This document shows, piece after piece, positions 37,262 to 51,474 of a DNA stretch of 64,000 nt. This stretch comes from Octopus sinensis. Its lineage: Eukaryota. The position numbers and the translations under genes were made by a program. How positions within the stretch are numbered: the first letter of the stretch is position 1; each line of letters starts with the position of its first letter. The stretch covers positions 3,534,001 through 3,598,000 of the forward strand of contig NC_043009.1 of assembly GCF_006345805.1 (NCBI RefSeq). The letters are read 5' to 3'. The notes beneath the pieces are model-generated. The model was not told where the DNA came from. It made no database searches and saw only the letters and a program-made list of their open reading frames with translations.

Positions 37262-37867
37262 AAGACACACAAATACACACGCAGACACACACATATGTAT
37301 ATACATACATATATACGACGGGATTCTTTCAGTTTCCGTCTACCAAATCCACTCAGAAGGCTTTGGTCGACCCGAGGCTATAGTAGAAGACGCTTGCACA
37401 AGGTGCCACGCAGTGGGACTGGACCCAGAACCATGTGGCTGGTAAGCAAGCTACTTACCACACAGCCACTGCTGCGCCTTAGAGATACATATACATATAT
37501 ATATGGGAGAAGCTGTAATATACATCATATACATTGCCTCTAAAACCACTTGCTTGTAGTTATTCTTCTATCATTATTTAAAACGAACTTACCCCCACTA
37601 GATATAGAAACTATTTTGCCATGATACAAATTCCAAGCAGTAAGTATTTCTCAAAATGATTATTAAAATACCATAGCTCAGTATTTATTGCGTCTCATGC
37701 AAAAATTAGTACCGACACCAGTGCTCATCCAACATTTTAAGTGATTTTATACGTGTGACCTATTTAATAAAAGTTTATTTAATTATCACTTCACTTGGGC
37801 TCAGCATCTAAACGAAAATTTATGCCGCTGCTACTGAAATTACCGTGTAAGTCAGTCGGGCGATATT

Positions 37868-38143
37868 CTTTTATTCTCTTACTTGTTTTAGTCATGTGGC
37901 TGCGGCCATGCTGGAGTACCGCCTTTAGTCGAACAAATCGACTTATTCTTTATAGTTCTTTATAGTACTTATTCTGTCGGTCTCTCTTATATGACGGGCT
38001 TTTTTCAGTTTCCTTCTACCAAATCCACTCACAAGGCTTTGGTCGGCCCGAAGATATAGTAGAATACACTTGCCCAAGGTGCCACACAATGGCACTGAAC
38101 GTGGTTGGGAAGCAAGCTTCTTACCACACATCCACTCCTGCAC
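37868..38143 (-). mobile_element. SINE family A with internal deletion
   Basis: Head and tail match family A. The middle (TG)n and TAACTTAGCGG part is absent. Confidence 0.85.
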
Positions 38144-39126
38144 GATGTTAACATATCGCCAAGGTGATATTCGCCTCAACTTAAAATTCTTCATCGCAAA
38201 GCAACTTCGGTTACAGGCATACTTTTACAAGAGGAATTACGGCTATCTCAGAAAGTAATTATTATTACAAAGTCAAATTCAAATTTTTGGTTTTTAGAAG
38301 ATGCCAAAACAACAGCCGTGGAAGGGATTAACCAAATGCACACACACCACGAATCACGCCTTTAAAGTCACCTTCCTTCAACATGTCTGTATCACCAGTT
38401 TTGCCTCCATACGAAACCATTGTTATGGATATGATTCTAGAATATATAAACTTTAAAATCAAAAACCGCAGATTGAGAAAGCGTTTACCCTTAGCACTCA
38501 TTATAACACAACAAACAGTTTTGTCGAGAATAGAAAAAAAACTAGTGGTCTCATGTTGAATGTTATTCAGGTATCGCTAGAGATTCTAACAAAACCTGTG
38601 ACAATACATATTTGGCAAACAATACCTGCCTGTATACAACAGGTGTCATTAGGTAAACCTCTGGGAAAAAGATGCAGTACGCAAATGAAATTAACAGCCC
38701 AAAGTAAGCAGTCTTGAACAACAACATACTGAAATTATCAAACTATAATGCCACTCAATAACTCATGTTAATTTCCACCATAATGTGTGAAGTGAATATT
38801 ATAGTCACAGAAAATCAACTCTTATGAAAGAAATAAGTAAAACAGAAAAATATATGAAGCTTTGATCTTCTTCACTTTTTAAAAGGAAATAGGTTTTTGA
38901 AAGACGATCTCTAGAGATTGAGTGAAAACATTAACAACGAATATTTTGGATATCCAATAAGTATGTATGAATTTGTACAATAAAATTTACTGTACCAACG
39001 CTGAACATTTCACTAAAACCGTGGATAAACTGTAATGTGGGAAGTCCGCTAGAAAACCTCAATGTTTGGAAAGAAATAAAAGACACAAACGTTTTACAGT
39101 CATTTACGGAATTATACTTGGCCATA

Positions 39127-39265
39127 CAGTTCTATATTTAAGAGATGAGGAATTATGTACATTGTTTACATTACTTACATTATTTACATTTGATGGATAT
39201 TTGTCAACAAATAAGATGAGGACAAATATCCGTCAAATGTAAATAATGTAAATAATGTACATAAT
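39127..39265. mobile_element. Inverted pair of 3' tails of the hammerhead-bearing element
   Basis: 39127-39205 is the reverse complement, and 39206-39265 a forward copy, of the tail seen at 60340-60424. Confidence 0.85.
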
Positions 39266-39369
39266 AATGTATATACCTGGCCAGATTAATATGTCAAACT
39301 GTTGTGCGATACAACACAAAATTGTTGTAGCCTTGAATGAAAATATTACCTTGATAGTATATTTCGTGT

Positions 39370-39560
39370 CGAGCTGACAGAATCGTTTTTTGCGCCGGAT
39401 AGATGACTTTGAATCACTTCATTCGTCTTTACGTTCCGAATTCAGATTCTGCCTCGGTGGAATCTGTTTGATATTCTTTTCGGATTGATGAAATAATACC
39501 AGTTGAGCAGTGGGGTCGATGTAATTGAGTGACCTTCTCCCCAAAATTTCAGACCGTGTT
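39370..39560 (+). mobile_element. Degenerate SINE family B
   Basis: GAGCTGACAGAATCG...TTACGTTCCGAATTCAGATTC...TACCAGTTGAGCAGTGGGGTCGATGTAAT. Confidence 0.65.
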
Positions 39561-40821
39561 AGCTATGGAAACAATTTACTCACTCAGTTACTTTTGACTC
39601 CACCAACACAATTTGCAGCTAAATAAAGAAACAAAGTTTCGGGTAGCATGTGAAGAAAAGGAGTTTGAAGAGTGCCGAACAGTTTTTCTAGAATAAAATC
39701 TGCTTTTATTTCTGTATAGTATTTACAGTACAGAAAGGCATATATTGCATTCTTCATTCATGCTTGCAAGGGAAAAAAAGTGTGCACTTAGTGAATGTAT
39801 CTGCTATTTTTTCAATTTTTGCGAAGCCACAAAGTTTCGGTCAATATTCACTTATCTTACTTACATAAGAAATAATGCCGGTGACGTTCTAAATCTTTGA
39901 ATATGAAGTATTCTAATGGAACACTGTCACTGTGTAACCTCATTATGTATGCCTAAACCCAGTATCTTTTCTCTTACAAAGCAATGGTTATGTATTATAG
40001 TCTGCTATAGCAGCATATGAGTAGAAACTAATGCTTTTTGTATCCAATTGAAAAACCGGCAATTTAAATATCTACGATGCTGAAAAACAACTAGACGTCA
40101 CAATAATACGATACATCGATTGGATGCACCCATAAATGTGTTTATATGAGACGGTTGGACACAATAAAACATTTCTCAAAATATAAACATTTACATCAAA
40201 GAATAATACTTCAAAGAACAATATATCTCACCAAAAAATTACTACAAATGCTTTGGTACCGATGAAAATACATTGTATAAAAGCTGCGTGAACTAGAATA
40301 GAGTAAGTAAAGATTAATACACCAAAGTTAAATATATATATTTAGAGCTTCCAGATTATACTAAAGCACAATATCGCATATGCAGCGCCAATTCCACTAC
40401 TGGCACAAACGTGCGAGATTTGTGACTGGTCTATCTATTAATGGAGTCCACTCGCTCTAAATTTATATGCAGATATTCACATGGAATAGAAACTGAAGTT
40501 GCAATGTAATTATCTGTAGGTGGTAGCTCAGAGGTAAAACAAGGAAGAAATTTAATGTTAATTCAAATGAGCTTCTGATCGTCTTATGATATCACAGAGA
40601 GAGCAGTTGCAAAAGTCCAACTGTATTAACAAAATGCTCAAATTTCTCAGAAAATTCCGCAACAAGTACCCAGATCCAGATGATATTCCTGGCATTCCAA
40701 GAACTCTTAAACCCTAAAATTCTCGAGGAATAATCTGCATATCCAAAGATTAACACAACGAAATATAATATACAACTATATAATAGTAATTTGTGATTTT
40801 CTTTACCGCAAAAATTAGGAG

Positions 40822-41148
40822 GAGACCCCATTCGTTCATGAATGACCATGGGATTGCACCTAGAAAGTTACCCTCCGAGGCACAAGTCAGGGCAGGATTG
40901 TTTGTGGAAGTCTAGCAGTCACCCATGCATACCGGCCTCCTCTCTCCACACCACCTATGTTATTCAAGGGAAAGGCAAAGACCGATACAGCTTGGCACCA
41001 GTGATGTTGCAACACATTTCTACAGCTGAGTTAACTGGAGCAACGTGAAATAAAGTGTCTTGCTCAAGAACACAACACACAGCCCGGTCCGGGAATCGAA
41101 CTCACAAACTCAACATTGTAAGCTCTATGCTCTAACCACTGAACCGCA
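40822..41148 (-). mobile_element. SINE family D, near full length
   Basis: B box GAGTTCGATTCCC on the minus strand. Body matches 9360-9616. Confidence 0.88.
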
Positions 41149-42191
41149 AACAGTATGCTGATGATAATACTGACAATAAATGCGTCGGACTAGTGGCTAG
41201 TCAGTCTATTGTTAAGTCTTTGTAATATAATAATTGGAGATAACTCCTGAAAATCTGTTGAAGAGACAATGCAACACATGAACACCAAGCTCTGCTCGAA
41301 ACTGTCGATTGTTTTACTAAAGAATTAAACACTTTAACAGTCAACTGTAATTAAGACAGTAATATTCAATACTACACTGTAATATAGTTGAAAATTTATT
41401 CATATTCGAAGACGATTTTGCTCTTGGAGAATATAAAGAACATGAATATAATGAGTTCATGCATATGCTTTGATATAACGAACACTGAATGGAATAATCA
41501 AACCCGAACGTTAGCTGAACGTGTGTCAACTATTTAAAAAGAAACGGTCGGACAAACTGGGAAAGACCAGTTCTATGTAGAAGAAAAACAGTGCTTTAAA
41601 AATGCACTGTGCTTTTAATCGCTGCGAGACAATTTTGGGGAAACTGCTTTTCTCTTCAGAAAACCATTAGATTTATACATGGAATAACATAGCCTATTTT
41701 TGTTATAATATTACTTGTTTTGATAGTATAGTATCCACGAAGACAGTGCATACATGCAAAACGAAAGACTATGCAACACACCTTCTCAAAGTGGAGTACG
41801 AAAATCAGCAAACAGAATAAAAAATATTTGGCACAATGTTATACATCCAACAAATAAGATAATGTATTTTTCAGAAAATTCTAGCAATGGAATTTTATTT
41901 CTTTTTAGACACAAGCAAATTCTTTGTACGAAGAATTCAAAATACCAACAAGGGATTAACGTGAACATACTCAGAAAACTTAGACACATATATCTAAAAT
42001 GTTATTATTTCTGTGCGTGTCAGAATGTGTGTGTTTTCCTATATTATATCAAATAAATTTGACACGTGCTCATACTGAACATTGTATTCCTAGCCGTTAG
42101 ATAATTCTGTTATCATTGGGTTTAATAAATTATACATATACGTACACGAATACATAATGTATATATACATATATATATATATCATTCTATC

Positions 42192-42274
<83 letters not shown>

Positions 42275-42302
42275 ATATCTATCTATATATCTATCTTTCT
42301 CC

Positions 42303-42337
<35 letters not shown>

Positions 42338-43764
42338 ATTATCTACCTATCTAGCTGTCTCTCTCTGTATATATATATATATATATATAAACACATACAC
42401 ACACACATACATAAATATGTTATATACGCCACATATCGACACACATATCAAAGACACATTGGTGCCATACTTGCTGTATTCATCTTTAGGTCAAACATAG
42501 AGAGATCATTCTAACACCTTTTATATTATATATCGTTTCTCTATAAAGTACAAACAACATGTCTAGACAGTCTCGACGTAACTGTAAAAAGTGTTTCACC
42601 CTAGAGAGATAGAATTATCTTCCAATAGATGTAAACGAAAATATTTTATATGAAAAACACAAAACTACAAATTCACGGATAGAGCTATAAAATTTCTTAT
42701 TACAGAATAACGATTCGTGGAATTATGTACAATAAAAATTAGATAATTATATATATACACTCTTATATATTCATATATATATATATAACGCAAATTTTAG
42801 AAACACACAGATGTATAAATACACAGACAACACACGCACTTACGCACTCACATACACACACATAAATATTTGTTTGTATGCAAACGAATACCTGTTCATA
42901 TATAAATGTGTTTTGACATAATGCATAATAGAAATACCATTACATACACACACCTATTAAATATAGACATATGTATAATGCTCGAGCCTGCATGCGTAAG
43001 TAACATCTTCCATATGTATTCTGTGTGTGTGTGTATGTATGTGTGTGTGCAAGCGAGGAAACGTGCGTGAGGAAACGACAAACAGCTTATACATGTTCAG
43101 AGTGAGGCTGATCCGCCATACGTTCAGAATCCTCTTCGTCGCCGTTAGTTACCTGTACTTTCTAAAATACCGGCGCAACGAAGTTTTAAATGTAGTTGTA
43201 ATACCGAAAATGTGAGAACTAACCCATACATATTACATATATATGTCTGTGTGTCCGTATGGGTATGTGTTCGGTATATGTGTACATGGGTGTGTATAGA
43301 TATATATCAATATAAGAGAGCGAGTGTACTCTGTTAAGACACAAGTAAAAAGGTATGTTTTGTACTTACACAAACGTTTTGTGTAATTATTAGCAATTGC
43401 TGCTAGCTCGTCGCTTGATTGGTCCTCAGCGAATTATCATGCATAAATTACAACTTGTGTAATATCCTTTGCGATTTGAATGAAGTGTGTTGACTATAGA
43501 TATGATTTTGTGAATTATAAATATAAGTGCATCTGCTTCTATGTGATGTGTATGTTTGTGTGTTAGCTTGTGAGTGATGTGTACGTTTGTGTGTCTGCTT
43601 TTGAGTGCATTTATGTATGTATATATATATACACACACACACTTACACACAAACATATATACATATACCTATAGTGTGAGGGAGAGAGAGAGAGATGGAG
43701 AGATGAATGTCTCTCTCGCTCTCTCTCTTTATATATATATATATATTGTTTTTCTCCCTATTAT

Positions 43765-44003
43765 ATACGTTATATTATTCTTGTAATTTATATAATCTTT
43801 ACTTTTTAAATGTTATTTTAATTTTAACTTTTGTATTATATGTAGTTTTCTAGATGGTGTAATTTAATTATTCATTTTGAATTGATAAAAGGTGGGGTTT
43901 TTTTCTAATATTATATATATATATTATATTGTGTGGAATTTGATTTAGTATTTCTAAATTGAATTCTTTTTCTTTGTAAGTTTGGATTTTATTCCCTCAA
44001 ATA
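43765..44003. repeat. AT-rich interspersed repeat; partial inverted copy at 46201-46310
   Basis: TTTTCTAGATGGTGTAATTTAATTATTCATTTTGAATTGATAAAAGGTG is the near reverse complement of CACCTTTTATCAACTCAAAATGAACAATTAAATTACACCATCTAGAAAA. Confidence 0.8.
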
Positions 44004-44004
44004 A

Positions 44005-44141
<137 letters not shown>

Positions 44142-44432
44142 GTATATATATAGTTATAGATAGATAGATAGATATAGCTATAGACATAGACACACACAGA
44201 TACACACACATATAGGGAGAGAGAGGACAGATAGACAGGCATAAATTCCGTCACATCACATTGCCCAGCCTTCGATCCTATCGAACACACTATAAGTGGA
44301 GAGATAGAACTGACCAGTACAACTCAAAGAGCACCGGGGCTGCTAACAAAGATATCAGGTGAGGCAGAGACTGCCATTTGGGCATTGGTATGCTCAGGCT
44401 AAAAGTTTCTCCAGTGGAAAGGACGAGAAGAA

Positions 44433-44622
44433 TACTCTTTTCTACTGAAGACACAAGAGGCAAAATTTTGGGGGAGATAGCCAATCGATTAGATCGACCT
44501 CAGTGTGCAATTGGCACTAAATTTATCGACCGCAAAAGGATGACAGCAAAGTCGACTTCGGTGGAATTTGAACTCAGAACGTAAAGACAGACGAAATACA
44601 TCTAAGCATTTCGCCCGGCGTG
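44433..44622 (-). mobile_element. SINE family B
   Basis: GGAATTTGAACTCAGAACGTAAAGACAGACGAAATAC..CTAAGCATTTCGCCCGGCG. Confidence 0.85.
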
Positions 44623-44872
44623 GTATACATATACACGATAAGGTGATAAGATGTTTGTGCCGCACAACAAATCACTCCCTACATGAAATAGGTATTGCCC
44701 AGATAGGTGCATGGTGTACCACGTGTCAAGTGACGAAGTGATCGTGGAGTGCCGTTAGACAAAATGTTTTACTCAAGAACACGATTGCCAGATCGTGAGT
44801 GCAACACGCTAACCACTAAGCCATAAGACCTCACATGCTCACACACACACACAGACGCACACACATACACAC

Positions 44873-44914
<42 letters not shown>

Positions 44915-44945
44915 GCACAAATATATATTTACATGCATATCCATG

Positions 44946-45346
44946 TAGGAGTGGCTGTGTAATAAGTAGCTTGCTTAGGAACCACATGGTTCCGGGTTCA
45001 TTCCCACTGTGTGCCATTTTGGGCAAGTGTCTTCTACTATAGCCTCGGGCTGACCAAAGCGTTGTGAATGGATTTGGTAGACTAAAACTGAAAGAAGCCC
45101 GCCGTATATATGTATGTATGTGTGTGTGTGCGTAGGTGTGTATGTTTATGTCTTTGTTTGTCCCCCTCAACATCGCTTGACAACCGATGGTGGTGTGTTT
45201 ATGTCGTTGTAACTTAGTGGTTCGTCAAAAGTACTAATAGGTACTAGCCTTCCAAACAATAAGTCCTGGGATCTATTGGCTCGACTAAAGGTGGCGCTCC
45301 AGCATGGCCGCAGTCAAATTACTGAAACGAGTAAAAGAGTAAAGAG
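44946..45346 (+). mobile_element. SINE family A, full length
   Basis: Collinear with 2931-3343. Confidence 0.9.
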
Positions 45347-46071
45347 TAAGCGTATGTATTTATGTATGTATGTATGTATGTATGTATCTATCTATCTATC
45401 TATCTATCTAATGCGTGTGTTTGGTCTGCTCGGTACACAATCAAGGTTCTTTCGAATATTCATTCAATAATCTTGTAATCACAAGAAATGAACGAGTCGT
45501 TGTGAATCAATGGTGACGGCTTTCATCGGTCATTTGATATGGTGGAAATATCAAGCCCTTATCATTTAGCAACAACACTGTCTCAACAATAGAAAACACA
45601 AAATGAAAAACTAAATTTCCTTGTAAATAAGTTTATATCAGATGGGATGACCTAGGGAAAGATTACAGCTAGAACAAGTACTGTAAAATTATTGATAATC
45701 TAATGGAATTTTAAATGTTATGCATTATGAAAACTAAAGCTTTGGTAACAGAATATAATTATAATTATATTAATACCCTTCGGATGCTCTCCCCACCCAG
45801 CGAGTAGCGAATCTTGCAGTCTCAAAATTAATTCAATAACTATTCCCATATCGGATAGGAAAATGTCAAATATCATATATCTAAAGTTAATTAAACTTCC
45901 ATTTTTAAGTCACTATCAGTAAAATATGTATATTTATTGAAAGCTTAATTAAGTATATATATAGTTAGTCATTTAAAACCACGAACTATTGATTTCAATT
46001 GTTTTCCAGTAAATCTAATTATTATATTTTAATATGTAACAGTTATCATTGAGATACCATTATCCTTTTTC

Positions 46072-46138
<67 letters not shown>

Positions 46139-46158
46139 AGTGTGTATATGTATGTATG

Positions 46159-46208
<50 letters not shown>

Positions 46209-46294
46209 GAAAAAAAACACCTTTTATCAACTCAAAATGAACAATTAAATTACACCATCTAGAAAATTACATATAATAGAAAAATTAAAATTAA

Positions 46295-46332
<38 letters not shown>

Positions 46333-47088
46333 TTATGTATATATTTATATATGTATTTACATATTTTATATATGTATATATATATATTTATGTATGTATG
46401 TATGATTGTATGTATATATGTGTGTATGTGTATATGTATGAGTGTGTATGCGTCTGTGTGTGTGAGCGTTTTTGTGTCGTCTGCGTGTATACACACAGAG
46501 GTGACAAATATATATGTATACTATTATATGCATATATTCGCATATATATTCATATGTATGCACACATATACACGCATGTATATGAATACTTACACACACA
46601 CATACACACACACACAATCACATACAGACAGACACACACACACACACACACACGCACATATATATATAAACATACACGCCAAACTTAGCAGCACGTGCCG
46701 TGCTTTAGCGATGTGTTTTACGTGCCTCTATACTCACTGGAATGTATAGACACTCTCCAAGGCAAAGAGCCGAAATGTGACAGCTGTAGTGCCATTGCTG
46801 TGATGGCACTCGGTTCCAAATGACTAGAGGCTTGCTTCAGGACACATGGCGTCACACTCTCAAGGAATCGAAACAACAGCGTAAGGACTGCGACCCCACT
46901 TCAACATTTCTGACCATTACCCCATAATCGTGTCTTTACATATATATATATATATATGTGTGTGTGTCTAGAGGCAAAGAAAGAGAGAGGGAGAGAGAGA
47001 GGTAGTGGAAGAGAGATACATACATGCATACATATATATATGTGCATATACGTAAATATCTACATATGTATATGTGTGTATATATGAA

Positions 47089-47125
<37 letters not shown>

Positions 47126-47348
47126 GTATATGTATGTATATATATATATATATATACATATATATACATACATACATACATGCAAGCATACATACATCCA
47201 CACTTATATACATATACACACACATATATATATATATATATACATATATATACATACATACATACACACATATATACATATACATACATATATGTATATA
47301 TATATATGACATATATATATATATATATACGTATATATATATATATAC

Positions 47349-47403
<55 letters not shown>

Positions 47404-48933
47404 ACGTATTCCTAATCAATAGAAGAACAATCCATGAGCGCAGTTGGAATGCGTCTGTACATAGAACGCTTTTATATAAACACATTATTTTGTGTGTGTA
47501 CACACATATACGTTTGTGTGCTTATTATGTATGTGCATGTATGCTTGTAAAACATATGCATATGTGTGTGTGGATGATTTATTTGGATGCTAAAGTCGTT
47601 TGTACTTAAAGAATCAGTCGCATTTGAAGTTGCACTGACTTCAATTCTGTATTCCAACTTTGCGAATCAATAAATTAGAACTTCAGTCAAGTACTGGACT
47701 CATTATTATGCAAATTTCTCCCCAACCAAAGCTTTCGGCTTCTCATTTCGTTAATAATTATTGTTTATTTTGAAATATTTGCATCAACGTTTTCGATCTA
47801 TTTGGTGAAAATCAAATTGATGTATGGAAGAAGAATCTAGCGAAAGTTAAGCAATTATTGCAGCCGAATTTATCCCGTTAATGGCAACCAATATTGGGCT
47901 TTAAAGAGGGTGAAAGGAAATGTTAGGCCCTAAATATTAGTTTCAGTTCCTTCGACAATGTTCCGTTCAGTTTCTGTCAACGACAAAGGACCTGCTCCTG
48001 TTGTTCTCTGCAAATGAACAAATCGGTAATCTCATGATTCCGAAGGGAATCGTATTCGAGTAATTCCATGTAAGTTTCTCTTCTAATTTAATTACTTGCT
48101 GAGTATGAAGGGGAATTTGAAATCGTATTTTGCTTTCTAACAATGCTCCTAATTTAGTATACAAGCTGGGTCAAATTTCAAGTTTTCTCTATAAACAAAC
48201 CTTAATTTTTACACCTTATAAGGTATTATATTAAAACCTAACCTTTCTTTCCTTGCAGAAAAAAGTGACTAAGACAAAAATATCCTCTCGATGTATTTCT
48301 GCAGTTAAACTTTGGAGTATTCGATAGAGGCTATCTGCAGAACCAATACTATCAATAGTGTAGCTAAGATGAGTGTTAAAGAATTATATATTGTAGTCAT
48401 TTTGTCGAACAAGGAAGCTATGTTAGTTACATAGATATTGAAAACGGGTTTGAACAAGGTTTTCTCTCCTTGTTTTTTTTTACGTGCCCCTTTCTGTAGA
48501 AGAGGGTAGGCTCGAAACGTAAAAGACTGTTTTTATGCCCAAGTTTTGTACACCACCTGTCTTCGTTTTTCGCTTTTTTCGTAAACTCTCCCTATATATA
48601 TATAGTGAGTGTGTATATTTGGCAAAAAAGACAATCCTGAAATACCCCAATATCTGTTTCAAGACACGATTTCACATCAGGTAACTTGCAAAACGAATTA
48701 ATTGATAGACAAACAAGGGAGTCAGAGAAAGGCAGAATGCTACTTATATCTGAACACTACTATAGAAATATTCCTTTAAAAAAACTTTTCTTCTAATTTT
48801 TCTAAATTTAATTATTTAATCGTTCCAGTTGAAAAGGTCTCAAAATGACCGAAACCGGTACTGAAATGTTCACTATAAAATTATTTTAGCATTTTCTACT
48901 TTTGACTTGTTTTTTCATATATATATATATATA

Positions 48934-49005
<72 letters not shown>

Positions 49006-49210
49006 GGAATATTATTATGTAACATATAAAAATAATGCCTCTAATCAGTATCGTTCCAACATTACTGGCAAATATCGACTCTCCTCAGGTCTGTGTATCA
49101 ATCGAAACGCTGGATGTTAGTATCGCTTAGCGGGTGTCCGTGGACAGAGTTCATAATATAAACTGCAAGGTTATTAACTAAATGGAATTAATATAATGTA
49201 TACACACAAA

Positions 49211-49385
49211 GTGATGAGCTGGCAGAATCCGTAACATGCTGGGAAAATGCTTAGGGGCATTTCATCCATCTTCAGGTCCTTAGTTCAAATTCCACTGGAA
49301 TCGATCTTGCCTTTTATCATTCGTGGTCGATAAAATAGATGCCATTTCAGCACTGAGTTCCATGTAATCAGCTTACGATCTCCCT
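49211..49385 (+). mobile_element. Degenerate SINE family B
   Basis: GAGCTGGCAGAATCCG...AGTTCAAATTCC...GGTCGATAAAATAG. Confidence 0.7.
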
Positions 49386-49449
49386 TACAGTCCTTTGTAA
49401 AGAAGACAAGAAAGGAGACAGACAATCATAGACGCGTATGTTTGAAATG

Positions 49450-49636
49450 TGTGATTAAATCTGAATGTACGATGGTGTATGATTAAGTGTGAACGTATGT
49501 ATGATTAAATGATGTGTATGATTAAACGTGAACGTATGATGTGAACGCATGTATGATTAAATGAAATGTATGATTAAATGTGAACGTATGATGTGAGCGT
49601 ATGTATGATTAAATGAAATGTATGATTAAATGTGAA
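49450..49636. repeat. Compound minisatellite with a 52-bp higher-order unit
   Basis: TGTATGATTAAA-TGTGAACG subunits. The 52-bp block restarts at 49515, 49567 and 49619. Confidence 0.85.
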
Positions 49637-50170
49637 TCTGCGAACTTACAAGATAGACAAATGACTGCCAACTAATATCAAAATATGAAATCTCCTGTTA
49701 TCACAATGCCTTCTCTCTACAACAGTCGTTTATTATTGAGGTTGTGTTTATCTTCAGTGCCAGTAAAAATATTTGCCTCAAATTAAGTCACAGAACTTGA
49801 CCAGGTATAACTATGCCACCACAGAATTAACATGTTGCTATGCAGAAGTTGAATGTCACATACATGGTGTTATGCTTGAGCTAGGAATACGAACACACAT
49901 CTCTATAACGGCTGGCATGTATTACACAACAACATCGACAACAGAAGAAACACCCAGTAATTCTTCGTGTTGTAAATCGTTTGCATTAACGCTCCTAATT
50001 TTTTTTTTCTATGCTTCTCTCATGATAATCATACCATTTGCTTTTTGTAGAACAAAACATCTTCAAATCATTCAGCGATGTAAATTTACCGTCAAGTAAA
50101 ACACACACAAGTAACACGCTCGCTCATACGCATACACAAACATAGACACACACACACACACACACTCGCT

Positions 50171-50217
<47 letters not shown>

Positions 50218-50827
50218 ACACACACTCCATAGTCATACGCACACGCACCCGCAGAATACACAGAAGTACATAGAGCTGAAACACCCCACTCTGTAGCTAT
50301 GAAGCTAAACAATAATTCAAAGAGAATCAATTGATATATTTGCATATTTATTTGCATGGAAATTCATGAAAGCTCTCATTCAACAGTTTTTTTATTCCTC
50401 AGTCGATCGGTTCAGTAATATCGATCAGACATCTCAGTAAACTTACTCAGCGCATACATGAACGTTTAACTCCTATAGACTGCATTTACTAACTATATTC
50501 ATCATTTAGTGCTTTTTTCTATGAGACAGATCGACCTGTTTGAAATGGTGTCCAAATCTCACTCAGATCCAATCCCACAATTTATACAAAACAGTTATAT
50601 TATTTGATATGATCCGATATACCTCCAAAAGGACGGACTTTCCATGGATGCAATGTCATTTATCATAGTTTTGCAGGATTACCTCTGATATTATATCTAT
50701 ATATCTACTTATTTAAATTTATATAAATAAGGATGAGATCGTTATTTAAATACGGATCTTATCAGGTGGTCAGCATGAGAATTAAAACCTTCAAAGTTAA
50801 TAATTATTATTAAAATTATAATTTAGG

Positions 50828-50998
50828 GTATCTAAGAGAAACCACCACGCTCCAAACAGCAGCCAAAACTTCACTCAAAACCACATTAAATGGTCATGCA
50901 GCACCAGGAGAGAAAAGACAAAGAGACAAAAGAAACTAGCAAAAAAAAGGAGTCAAGTTTTGGCTGCTATTTCCAGCGTGGTTGTATCTCTTAGATAC
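50828..50998. repeat. Hairpin element with about 49-bp inverted ends; longer inverted copy at 51356-51474
   Basis: GTATCTAAGAGAAACCACCACGCT..CAGCAGCCAAAACTTCACTC pairs with GAGTCAAGTTTTGGCTGCT..AGCGTGGTTGTATCTCTTAGATAC. Confidence 0.8.
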
Positions 50999-51217
50999 AC
51001 TCAATTATAGTTTTAATAATAATTATTGCCTTTGAAGATTTTTATTTCCATGCTGGCCATCGTTATTTGTATAAATTATTTATTTGTATTTATTTCGTCA
51101 TTATATTCACTGCGATGTTATTTTGACCATATCGCACGAGAGGTTTTAGGCGGGCAATTTAAACTGGTCGTCTGCATACGTACATATATATGCATGTATA
51201 CGTTCGTATATGTAAGA

Positions 51218-51265
<48 letters not shown>

Positions 51266-51474
51266 ATTTATGTGCTATCTGAGTATATTCCACCGATGAA
51301 GGAAGAGCATATCTTATGCAGAACAGGAAATTCGGAATCTGGAATTATCCAGTGATTTTTTGCTAGTTTATTTTGTCTCTTTGTCTTCACTCCTGGTGCT
51401 GTATGAACATTTACTGTGGTTTTAGAGTCAAGTTTTTTGCTGCTATTTCTAGCGTGGTGGTAACTCTTAGATAC

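Larger units (their letters stand above)
35632..37469 (-). mobile_element. SINE family A split by an RTE insertion (halves 35632-35842 and 37262-37469)
   Basis: Removing the LINE and one TSD copy rejoins the two halves into a complete family A element. Confidence 0.9.

Noticed and set aside
40575-40850. Short ORFs on both strands in unique sequence
   Set aside because: Under 90 aa, with no recognisable family and no clear splice sites.
47947-48075. Possible exon (TTTCAG acceptor, GTAAGT donor) in unique sequence
   Set aside because: All three plus frames hit a stop before the donor and I recognise no protein. It could be a non-coding or UTR exon, which needs RNA-seq.
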